From assembly GCA_964608315.1 (NCBI GenBank), contig CAZSNF010000008.1, positions 517 to 64,516 of the forward strand: DNA of 64,000 nucleotides, written 5' to 3'. The number at the start of each line of letters is the position of its first letter. Position 1 is the first letter of the stretch. Of the stretch, positions 1 to 8,195 are shown in pieces. Below the pieces are notes generated by a model. The model had not been told where the DNA came from. It worked only from the letters and a program-made list of their open reading frames with translations, and made no database searches. The stretch comes from an uncultured Rhodothermales bacterium. Lineage in GTDB: Bacteria > Bacteroidota > Rhodothermia > Rhodothermales > VXPQ01. A program made the position numbers and the translations under genes.

Positions 1-507
1 CGCATCCTGAATAATATGGCTAGCCTGGGTGCCGAACATGAGATGCGGGTCGCGCAGCACCTTGCCGTCGAGCATCACCCCCGACCCCACGCCGGTTCCC
101 AGCGTAATCGAAACGACCCACTTGCGGCCCTGCGCCAACCCGTAGCGGGCTTCCGCAAGAATGCACAGGCGCCCGTCGTTGTCCGCAATGACCGGGATGC
201 CCGTGGCCTCCATAAGACGCGGCACAATGGGGAACCCCTCCACTTTCAGTTTGCCGGGCAGGAGTACGCTCCCGAATTCCGGATCGACCGCGCCGGGAAA
301 TCCCAGCCCGATCGCCGCGGGCCGCCGCCCAAGGGCTTTTGCAATCCGGTCCGTCTCGTCCGTCATGGCTTTGAGGATACCTTCCGGCGGCAACGAAAAA
401 CCCGAAGGCTGCACGCCCGGCTCCGTGAGTTCGCCAGTGGCCGACACGGCCCCGCTCTTGATGCGGGTCCCCCCGACATCGAACCCTATGACGTATTCCT
501 CAGGCAT
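1..507 (-). CDS. ROK-family sugar kinase/regulator (N-terminal part; C-terminus lies beyond window start)
   Basis: Hand translation of minus strand from ATG at 507-505: MPEEYVIGFDVGGTRIKSGAV...IGLGFPGAVD...IADNDGRLCILAEARYG...ITLGTGVGSGVMLDGK. This gives the DxGGT ATP-binding motif and the ROK layout. Absent from the ORF track because no stop lies inside the window. Overlaps the upstream SIS gene by 8 nt. Confidence 0.7.
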   Translation of the reverse strand, partial: MPEEYVIGFDVGGTRIKSGAVSATGELTEPGVQPSGFSLPPEGILKAMTDETDRIAKALGRRPAAIGLGFPGAVDPEFGSVLLPGKLKVEGFPIVPRLMEATGIPVIADNDGRLCILAEARYGLAQGRKWVVSITLGTGVGSGVMLDGKVLRDPHLMFGTQASHIIQDA

Positions 508-1291
508 GCTCGCCATTGTTTCCGGCGTACATATGGGCAAGGCTCTGGCGGTAGGCCTCGTAGAAACGGTCCAGTTGCTCCTCGGCGCTCACGTTCCCGA
601 CGAACTGATGGCTTGGCAGCACTTCCGGGCGCACGCCTCTGGCGAGAAGCCGCTCCGCCACCTCCACGCGCAGCATGTTGATCAGCATGCCGCCCGTAAC
701 GGTGGACACGGGACCCGTGCGCCACTCCATTCCCTCCAGTTCCAGTACGCAATCTCCCGGAGGACACTGGTTGTCCAGCACGACATCGGCGACGTCCACG
801 AGTTTCTTGCCGGAGGAATGGGCCGCCGGCGACTGCTCGCAGTGCTCCCGGGATACGACGCCGATCACGGGCAAGCCCCGGCGCTGCGCGCCCAGCGCCA
901 TTTCCACGATGAGCGGGCGAATCCCGGACGTGGAAATCACAATGAACGCATCGTGCGGGCCAAACCGGAATCCTTTCAGAATTTCCTCGGCGTAGCCCTC
1001 GTATTTTTCGAGGAAAAGCGGGCCGCGCAGGCCATTGGCCCCCACAATGGAGGCATGGTTCGACACCGCATGCTCCACGAGCGCCACGAACCCCACGAAG
1101 CAGCCCTGCCTCGGGGTCATTTCCTCGCACATCATGCGGGAATGTCCGGCGCCGAACAGAAAGACGAGCCCGCCTTTGGCGATGCGCTCGGCGCACAACC
1201 CGGCGGCCTGTTCGACATGGGGAAGCTGCGTATCCCGCAGACGTTTCAGCAGGTCGATGGTTTTGTCGTAGTAGGCTTGTGCGGCTCCCAT
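500..1291 (-). CDS. SIS (sugar isomerase/phosphosugar-binding) domain protein
   Basis: 263-aa ORF with LVFLFGAGHSRMM and FIVISTSGIRP motifs typical of SIS-fold proteins. Overlap with the downstream ROK gene suggests translational coupling. Confidence 0.6.
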   Translation of the reverse strand: MGAAQAYYDKTIDLLKRLRDTQLPHVEQAAGLCAERIAKGGLVFLFGAGHSRMMCEEMTPRQGCFVGFVALVEHAVSNHASIVGANGLRGPLFLEKYEGYAEEILKGFRFGPHDAFIVISTSGIRPLIVEMALGAQRRGLPVIGVVSREHCEQSPAAHSSGKKLVDVADVVLDNQCPPGDCVLELEGMEWRTGPVSTVTGGMLINMLRVEVAERLLARGVRPEVLPSHQFVGNVSAEEQLDRFYEAYRQSLAHMYAGNNGEHA

Positions 1292-1547
1292 GGGGGCTTG
1301 GGGGGAAGAGAGGACGTCAATTGCGGACGAATGTCGGAAAGGTCAAGACGATTCGCGTTGATGGGGCGAATGGAATGAGCCAAGACAAATAATCTGGCGT
1401 TTTTTGTCGTCGCGAAGCCGTTATGGAGCGACGCGCGCGGCCCAACTGCGCAGAACGTCATAGCGACCGGATCGGGAAACATGCGGACAGGCTTGCAAAC
1501 AGAATGGACGAGCGCGCACGGCCGCAACGCTTATCGCGCGCAGGGCA

Positions 1548-2006
1548 TTATCCCTGGCGCGTCAAGCGAGCTATCGCAGCATAGTCGCAACTTTCGGATG
1601 TCTCTTGCGCCGTATAGGTCATTACGTCGTCCTCGAACGTAATCGACGAGGAATAGGACTCGAGGTCCCCGCATTCCGGATCCGGGTCGTCGTGAACCTG
1701 AACCGTTCCGCCTGCCGTCGGGATAAAGAATCCCGTTTTGCTTATCTCGCCTGTAACGGCCGGAAACGCCTCGCTTACGCCATCCATTATGAGCGAGGCG
1801 GTAATCGTAAGGTCCTCCTCTCTCTGGATCACATTGGCCTGCATCAGAAAATTGACAGATATGTTTGGCGTGTCTGCCTCTGTGATTCGCAGCTCCCCGG
1901 AATACTGCCCGGCCACCGAGGGCAGCCCGGATTCGTCGTTGCTGTCGCATCCAACCAGCAGCAGCGTTGTTAACAAGACGTACGCGACGGTATGCAGCTT
2001 GCGCAT
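1548..2006 (-). CDS. small hypothetical lipoprotein
   Basis: 152-aa ORF. N-terminal signal peptide with lipobox (LLLVGC). No recognisable domain. Confidence 0.5.
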   Translation of the reverse strand: MRKLHTVAYVLLTTLLLVGCDSNDESGLPSVAGQYSGELRITEADTPNISVNFLMQANVIQREEDLTITASLIMDGVSEAFPAVTGEISKTGFFIPTAGGTVQVHDDPDPECGDLESYSSSITFEDDVMTYTAQETSESCDYAAIARLTRQG

Positions 2007-2413
2007 TTTGAGATAACCAATTCGGTGAGCAGGGTAAGTTGAGACAAAAATTTAAACCGCAACGCCGCAACCTTGTTCCGTTTGGACCGCCCCGGCGAGA
2101 AGCCGCATAAAGGCGTACGGGTTATCGAGAGCCGGGAAATCGTACGGTAAAATACTGATTCTTTGCGCGAATCTCGTTATTTTGAGGTTGGGCTCCCTGC
2201 CGCAGGCGCCGGCTGCGGGAAATCGGCTGGAATCCCGAAGGGGGGCCGTTTTGCGGCGGCCTTCTCGTCCTGTACGATTAGCGGACGGTCGCCGCCGCGC
2301 AGGAGCAAACACGCAATGGAGGCAAGGCAATGAAGCGAAAAATGCGGATGCCCAATTTGTTTTCAAGGACTATACCTCGATACAGAGCGCCCGCTAACGG
2401 CGTCGCCAGACAA

Positions 2414-3295
2414 ATGCGGACCGTCGATTTGTTTGCGGGAGCCGGGGGGCTCAGCCTGGGATTTCAGCGAGCGGGCTTCGATGTCGTAGCGGCGTACGAC
2501 AAGTGGGGGCCTGCCCTGACGTGTTACGAGGAAAACTTCGACCATCCTGTCTTCTCCGTCGATCTCTCCGACATAGAGGCAGCCGTGGACCATGTCTCGC
2601 AGTACGCCCCCGAAGTTGTGACAGGCGGCCCGCCGTGCCAGGATTTTTCAAGCGCCGGGAAACGAACCGAGGGAAGCCGGGCCAGCTTGACGGAAAACTT
2701 TGCGATCATCGCCACCCGCTGCAAGCCCCAGGTCATTGTAATGGAAAATGTGACGCGGACAAGGGGAAGCGCGGCCTATGCGCGGGCAAAAAACGTTCTG
2801 AAAAATGGCGGATACCATGTTACCGAGGCGGTTCTGGACGCAAGTCTGTGCGGGTGCCCGCAATTAAGGAAGCGGTTCTTTTCTGTCTCCACGCTGGTTC
2901 CTCCCAACGGATTGCTGGAGGACCTCTTGTACGGCGGCTCCGCCGAACAGCTTACGGTGGCGGAATACATGGGCGACGAACTCGATACGGAGCATTACTA
3001 CCGCCATCCGCGCAATTACTCCCGGAGAGGCATATACTCCATCAATGAACCGAGCGCGACGATTCGGGGCGTGAACCGTCCGATTCCCCCTAATTACCCT
3101 GGACATCCCCTTGATTCCGCCCCAATCTCGGAAGCAAGACCTCTGACAACGTATGAGCGGAGCCGCATTCAGACATTTCCGAAGGATTGGGCGTGGCCGC
3201 GGGCCAAAACAACCGCAGAGCAATTGATCGGCAATGCGGTTCCCGTAGAACTCGGCTCGTTCGTAGCAACCTGCATCCGCGAAGCGGTATTATGA
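2414..3295 (+). CDS. DNA (cytosine-5)-methyltransferase (M1)
   Basis: Motif I DLFAGAGG, motif IV GGPPCQDFS, motif VI ENV, motif VIII QLRKRFF, motif X GNAVPV. ATG at 2414 sits just before motif I (the ORF track begins at 2330). The stop overlaps the next gene's start as ATGA. Confidence 0.9.
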   Translation: MRTVDLFAGAGGLSLGFQRAGFDVVAAYDKWGPALTCYEENFDHPVFSVDLSDIEAAVDHVSQYAPEVVTGGPPCQDFSSAGKRTEGSRASLTENFAIIATRCKPQVIVMENVTRTRGSAAYARAKNVLKNGGYHVTEAVLDASLCGCPQLRKRFFSVSTLVPPNGLLEDLLYGGSAEQLTVAEYMGDELDTEHYYRHPRNYSRRGIYSINEPSATIRGVNRPIPPNYPGHPLDSAPISEARPLTTYERSRIQTFPKDWAWPRAKTTAEQLIGNAVPVELGSFVATCIREAVL

Positions 3296-4371
3296 ATACT
3301 CCAGGCTTGTACGGCATCGAAAATTCGAATCGCGAAGGAGACGACCTGTGGGGCAAGAATCAGTTCAATTCGACCTTTCCAATATCGCTTTGCTGCTATA
3401 TGCGGGACCATGGCGTCCCGCCCGTGTATGTCGCTGTGGATAAAAATGGGGAGATCAGGGCCCGCGACGACGATGGCGTTTCCATGGAAGACGTATTCGG
3501 GACCCCGAAAATCGGCGCGGATATTCGCTTCGAGTTCGAAACCGTATTCGAGCCGCTGAGCGGCTTGCTCCATGACGCATTATCCGGCGTGGACGTGGTG
3601 ACGCGAACCGCCGGCGGCGAATTTTGCAGGCCGCTTGAGGTGAAGCTTACCGTAGTTCCCGATAATACCACTGCGAAGCAGCCTGAAGAAAAATGGTGCT
3701 CGGAGTTGGTCATCCGGCCCATTACGTCTGCGTACGCGGCCATCCAGTTATTCGCCAATCTCTCCGATGCCTGCCGCGCAGAGATTCGGGATATCATTGG
3801 ACCCGTAGCATTCGCCATACAGGACCCCGACAACATCGCCGAAATTCTCCTGAACGCTGACCGGATCGTCCAGGCGATGAACGAAATGATCGCTGCGTGC
3901 ATCGACTTCCAGCAGCCGTATCTGGTGCAGCCGATCTGGAAGACGGTCGGCAAAACAGCAGAATTAGCGAATCCGTGCTTTGACGTCTTCACTTGGTCGA
4001 ATCTCTCCATTCTGAAAATCCCTGTGGATTCCTGGAAAGGAAAGAAAAACAAAGTGACGCGATCGCTCCGGGAGGCTGTTCGACACCTATGGCGCTTCCG
4101 TCAACTGCTCACGGTCGGTAAGATCAACTACAACGAAATCTATCGCGGCATAGCGCTTGGCAACCAGACGGACAAATCTTTTGCGCTGAACGGAACGCGT
4201 ACGATCAAGTACATGGACCATTTCCGTTTAAGGAAACCGCATTTTTCTTCCGATATACTTCCAGCGTTGATCCTGAACGGCGGAGAAAACAGATTGAGCC
4301 CCGAGCGCAGGTTCGACGCAACCGTGTTCTATACATGCAAAGCGTTGTTGCAACGGAATTCGGATGGATGA
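3292..4371 (+). CDS. putative type II restriction endonuclease (R1), PD-ExK-like
   Basis: ATG at 3292 overlaps the M1 stop (ATGA), suggesting translational coupling. Candidate catalytic motif GVDVV...RPLEVKL (D...ExK). The family and recognition site cannot be assigned by eye. Confidence 0.6.
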   Translation: MNTPGLYGIENSNREGDDLWGKNQFNSTFPISLCCYMRDHGVPPVYVAVDKNGEIRARDDDGVSMEDVFGTPKIGADIRFEFETVFEPLSGLLHDALSGVDVVTRTAGGEFCRPLEVKLTVVPDNTTAKQPEEKWCSELVIRPITSAYAAIQLFANLSDACRAEIRDIIGPVAFAIQDPDNIAEILLNADRIVQAMNEMIAACIDFQQPYLVQPIWKTVGKTAELANPCFDVFTWSNLSILKIPVDSWKGKKNKVTRSLREAVRHLWRFRQLLTVGKINYNEIYRGIALGNQTDKSFALNGTRTIKYMDHFRLRKPHFSSDILPALILNGGENRLSPERRFDATVFYTCKALLQRNSDG

Positions 4372-4420
4372 ACTCCGCAGCCGCATTATGCGGGCTGTCA
4401 GAAGTCGCGATGCAAAGCTG
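4364..4420 (+). pseudogene. vsr: vsr 5' remnant (first ~18 codons only)
   Basis: Encodes MDELRSRIMRAVRSRDAK, near-identical to the N-terminus of the intact Vsr at 6391 (MNELRSRIMRAVRSRDTK). It then diverges and terminates. Lies inside the 143-bp direct repeat 4268-4410. Confidence 0.75.
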
Positions 4421-4494
4421 GAACAACGCAATAACGGAAATATCTATGGCGTAAACCGTAAAAATTCTTGACCTTCTCGCCGCCGTCCCGTATC

Positions 4495-5520
4495 ATGGGG
4501 CAACCCAAGCATCACCAGCCCGAATCCGCCATGTCCGCCGGCGCCCGCAAGGAACCCCTCCTGTCCACCTTTGCCGATCTGTTTTGCGGGATCGGGGGCT
4601 TCCACTACGCCGCCGAAGCGTCGGGCTTGCGCTGCGTCTTCGCCTCCGACATCGACAAGGCTGCGCAAGATCAATACGAACATAACTTCGGCATGCGCCC
4701 TGACGGGGACATCACCAAAATCCACATCGAGAACATTCCGAGCCACGACATTCTGTTCGCCGGATTTCCATGCCAGCCGTTCTCTATTATCGGCAAGATG
4801 GAGGCTATGTCGGATAGCCGGGGAACGCTGATTTACGATGTGGTGCGCATCCTGTCAGTCAAATTCCCGAAAGCGTTTGTTCTGGAGAACGTGCGGCAAC
4901 TCGCTACAATCAACAAGGGCAAAACGCTTCGCTTGATTCTGGACGCGCTGGAAGAAATAGGCTACGCCTGCTCCCACAAGATTCTGAATGCGCTCCGCTT
5001 TGGATTGCCGCAAAAGCGCGAGCGCCTGATCATTGTGGGCTTTCGGGACCGAGAAGCCCTGAAAATCTATCAATGGCCGAGAGAACGCAAGGCGTATAAA
5101 CCCCTTTCGGATATTCTGGAAACAGACCCGGACATCCGGCATTTTGCGAGCGAGCGCATCCAGGCCAAACGCAAAGCGGCGCACGCGCCCGCCGTTACTC
5201 CATCCATATGGCATGAGAACAAGGGGGGGAACGTCAGCAGTCATCCGTTTTCATGCGCCCTGCGGGCAGGCGCATCCTACAACTACTTGCTCGTTAACGG
5301 CGTAAGGCGATTGACTCCGCGGGAACTGCTGCGTTTGCAGGGTTTCCCGGAATCGTTCGAGGCGATAGGAACAGATTCGCAGATCAGGAAACAGGTTGGC
5401 AACGCCGTCCCTGTCCCTATGGTCAAAGCTGTCATTAAATCAGTAACTCATGCCGCCAACGCGACTTCGTTCAGGATACCGGAATCCCGAACCATACCCG
5501 CTGAACCAGTTCCCGCCTGA
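4495..5520 (+). CDS. DNA (cytosine-5)-methyltransferase (M2)
   Basis: Motif I DLFCGIGG, motif IV GFPCQPFS, motif VI ENV, motif VIII QKRERLIIVGF, motif X GNAVPV. The ORF track start at 4468 is TTG. The first ATG is 4495 and an alternative ATG is at 4531. Confidence 0.9.
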   Translation: MGQPKHHQPESAMSAGARKEPLLSTFADLFCGIGGFHYAAEASGLRCVFASDIDKAAQDQYEHNFGMRPDGDITKIHIENIPSHDILFAGFPCQPFSIIGKMEAMSDSRGTLIYDVVRILSVKFPKAFVLENVRQLATINKGKTLRLILDALEEIGYACSHKILNALRFGLPQKRERLIIVGFRDREALKIYQWPRERKAYKPLSDILETDPDIRHFASERIQAKRKAAHAPAVTPSIWHENKGGNVSSHPFSCALRAGASYNYLLVNGVRRLTPRELLRLQGFPESFEAIGTDSQIRKQVGNAVPVPMVKAVIKSVTHAANATSFRIPESRTIPAEPVPA

Positions 5521-6190
5521 CGTCGTCGAAAAGATCGCGTATCAGCTGGCGCACCTGCGCGCTATAGGACGCACCGATGTTCGGGGAGGGGAGTTTGAAC
5601 GCGTATTCGCCGATGCTATCGGCGGAAAAGCGCGGGGAAAGCCTCTGGGCGTCGCCGATCTTTATCGTCAAAATTTCGCATGGTCGGTCAAGACGATCAA
5701 GAAGTTTCAGCCACACCAAACGATTGGCAAACAGGTTCGCCTGATCAGCGGTCGCAATAGTCCCGTATACTCAAAAGGCATCGAAAACCCCTTCGATGAT
5801 CTGCAAAAGACCGGAGAAGCCGTTATCGAGGTTTACAATAACCGCATAGCCGAAGCCCACGAAGAGTACGACCATCTACGGTTTCTCGTCCTGATCCGTA
5901 ACTTTCCAGAAATGACGTTCACGCTCTACGAACGCTCATTGCATCCTTTTCCCGCCAACGATTGCCACTGGATCGAGAACAAACGGGGCAATTTCGAGGC
6001 ATACCGGAACAATCAGCATCGCTTTACCTGGCAGCCCCACGGCAGTCAATTCACCATCATCGAAACTGTGCCGAGAGGCGCTCTCCGCTTCCGCATAACA
6101 AAGCGCGTTCCGGTCGTTACCCGCGAAGATATCATGCGTCACATCGGCTGGAATTCCGACTGGGTAGACATCGCTGACGATGGAGTATGA
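5450..6190 (+). CDS. putative type II restriction endonuclease (R2), PD-(D/E)xK-like
   Basis: 246-aa ORF overlapping the 3' end of M2 by 71 nt. Motif GEFERVFADAIGG...GVADL...WSVKTIKK resembles E...D...(S/E)xK nuclease cores. No other recognisable domain. Confidence 0.5.
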   Translation: MPPTRLRSGYRNPEPYPLNQFPPDVVEKIAYQLAHLRAIGRTDVRGGEFERVFADAIGGKARGKPLGVADLYRQNFAWSVKTIKKFQPHQTIGKQVRLISGRNSPVYSKGIENPFDDLQKTGEAVIEVYNNRIAEAHEEYDHLRFLVLIRNFPEMTFTLYERSLHPFPANDCHWIENKRGNFEAYRNNQHRFTWQPHGSQFTIIETVPRGALRFRITKRVPVVTREDIMRHIGWNSDWVDIADDGV

Positions 6191-6398
6191 ACTGACTCCC
6201 GACAACCTGTGCAATAACGGAATCCGCATGATAAGGTACATGAATATCCCCCGCTTGAGAAAGCCGCGCCTTTCCGCCGACATGCTCCCGTCCCTGATCC
6301 TGAACGGCGGAGAAAACAGATTGAGCCCCGAGCGCAGGTTCGACTCAACCGTGTTCTATACATGCAAAGCGTTGTTGCAACGGAATCCGGATGAATGA
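6180..6398 (+). pseudogene. C-terminal fragment of an R1-like endonuclease gene
   Basis: The 72-aa ORF aligns to the last ~60 aa of R1 (IRYMNIPRLRKPRLSADMLPSLILNGGENRLSPERRFDSTVFYTCKALLQRN versus IKYMDHFRLRKPHFSSDILPALILNGGENRLSPERRFDATVFYTCKALLQRN). No upstream body of the gene is present. Confidence 0.75.
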
Positions 6399-6780
6399 AC
6401 TCCGCAGCCGCATTATGCGGGCTGTCAGAAGCCGCGACACCAAGCCGGAGATGACTGTCCGCCGGCTTGTTCATTCCATGGGGTATCGCTACCGGCTGCA
6501 TCGCAAGGACCTGCCCGGAAAACCTGACCTGGTGTTCGGTCCGCGCCGGAAGGTGATCTTCGTGCATGGATGTTTCTGGCACGGTCACGACTGTCCGCGC
6601 GGATCGCGAGAACCGAAAACGAATCGGGAGTACTGGATACCCAAGATTGCGAAGACCCGCGAGCGGGACAAAATCACCATAGAACGCCTTCGGAAAATGG
6701 GCTGGAAGGCGCTGGTAATCTGGGAATGCGAGATCGACCGTTCGTTGCCGGGGAGGATTCGGGCGTTTCTAGAGATGTAG
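6391..6780 (+). CDS. vsr: very short patch repair endonuclease Vsr
   Basis: 129 aa. SRDTKPE, GKPDLVF, IFVHGCFWHGH and ALVIWECE motifs are classic Vsr. Its genetic context is C5-MTases. Confidence 0.92.
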   Translation: MNELRSRIMRAVRSRDTKPEMTVRRLVHSMGYRYRLHRKDLPGKPDLVFGPRRKVIFVHGCFWHGHDCPRGSREPKTNREYWIPKIAKTRERDKITIERLRKMGWKALVIWECEIDRSLPGRIRAFLEM

Positions 6781-6852
6781 ATATTCATCAATTTCAAGAA
6801 GAAATTTGCACATCATGTTTTTGAAAAATTATATACGTAAATAATCAATATT

Positions 6853-8074
6853 TTAGTCTTGAAAATTGGTGATTGCGGTGACAATTTCTTCTACGGTGAT
6901 ATCCTGAAGAGGCTTATCTATTAACGAACCTTGAAAAATCCACTTATCCCAATTTCTCTGTATAAGTGGACGTGCATTTTGAATCATTTTTTCAGGTTCA
7001 GGTTCTATTATTATAAAATTTCGAAAATCAGGTTTTTTATGATACCAATTCGAAATTTCTCCATTTATTCCCTTATCGCCAAAGCTATAACCACAGATAA
7101 TCACAGTGTCGGCTTGATCTAATAACAATCGTAGATGGTAAAACAAATCAAGAAATATATCTCTGCTATAATCATATATTTTATTAAATGTGCCGATCAG
7201 TAACAATGGCCTGCCGCCGTTGAGCGGATCTTGCAGGACGCCATCCTGCGTTTTGGTATGTTCATGATCGCCGTCAAGAGGTATTCCGACTCTTGCATCG
7301 CCCCCATTGACAGGGCTAAATCGGAACCAATCGACGGAGCCGTCTACCTTGAGAAATGGGATACTCTCATTCGAAAGAAAAGATCCGTTCCAATATCTAA
7401 CGCCAGCTTCTGAATCAACAGAAAATCCATCTGAAAGCGGGATGCCTTGATTAGAAAAAAACGTCTCAACGTGCGTGTCATGACAAAGTGTTGCAACACA
7501 CGATACATTAAAATGCATACAGATATATTTAAATATTTCCAAATGATTTACTCTCTGTGGAAGATATGATAATTTGTAGCATATCATATCTGTAAGATAA
7601 TTACGAATTTCATCAAGTATTGAGTATATTTGATTGTTACAAGGTTGTATTTGATATATTTGCGAATAAATATGTGAAATATTCTTTTTTTTCACTGACG
7701 AATGAATGAACTGCCGGATTTTCTATTTCCCATTCATCTGCATATACTTGATCTGCTAAATAGAATATGTCTTCGTAGTTTGCTTGTCTGTTAGACTGCT
7801 TGACTTCTGAATAATATTTTTGTGCTTGTTCATAAAACCATTTCGCCATAAATTTAGAAATAATTACAAAATTGTCATGTTCATGATGTACTCCTTGAAG
7901 TTTCACGGCGAGATTAGGATCAGAAATATATCTATATCTTGTGTCTGTATGTCTATGCACTCCATATCCACATAAAATAGATTGCGTTAAATTTTTCGTA
8001 GAAGGAAACCCAGCCGGCATCGACGATCCTGCCCCTAACAAAATAGCAATCTTGCTGTTTTTTTGCGTATTCAT
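6853..8074 (-). pseudogene. SIR2-like (SIR2_2/ThsA-type) gene split by a frameshift in an A8 run
   Basis: Two overlapping ORFs, 7637-8074 and 6853-7695. The N-part has ILLGAGSSMPAGFPS (GAGxS NAD-binding start). The C-part has VIICGYSFGD (GxSFxD). Removing one A from the A8 run (plus-strand T8 at 7685-7692) fuses them into a protein of about 420 aa. The region is very AT-rich (sampled lines 23-33% G+C). Confidence 0.65.
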
Positions 8075-8195
8075 TGATTCTGCCTTCGGGTTTCTGGAAA
8101 ATGATGATTATCCTTTTTATATGATATATGGAGACGTTTCTCGCATACAGTCCGATAATATTTAAGGGTGGGTGACCATTTCCGTGACACCGTCG

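Noticed and set aside
16-1378. Plus-strand ORFs 16-681 and 161-1378
   Set aside because: They lie antisense to the ROK and SIS genes, which have clear motifs, and their translations are low-complexity R/P/G-rich.
2414-6190. Assigning specific enzyme names or recognition sites (e.g. HindVP-, HaeIII- or HpaII-like) to R1, R2, M1 and M2
   Set aside because: I have only vague recollection-level resemblance. Target-recognition domains cannot be read by eye, so naming would be invention. REBASE BLAST is required.
6180-6398. 72-aa ORF as an independent small gene between R2 and vsr
   Set aside because: It aligns to the C-terminus of the R1 endonuclease and has no N-terminal body, so it is interpreted as a gene remnant left by cassette replacement.
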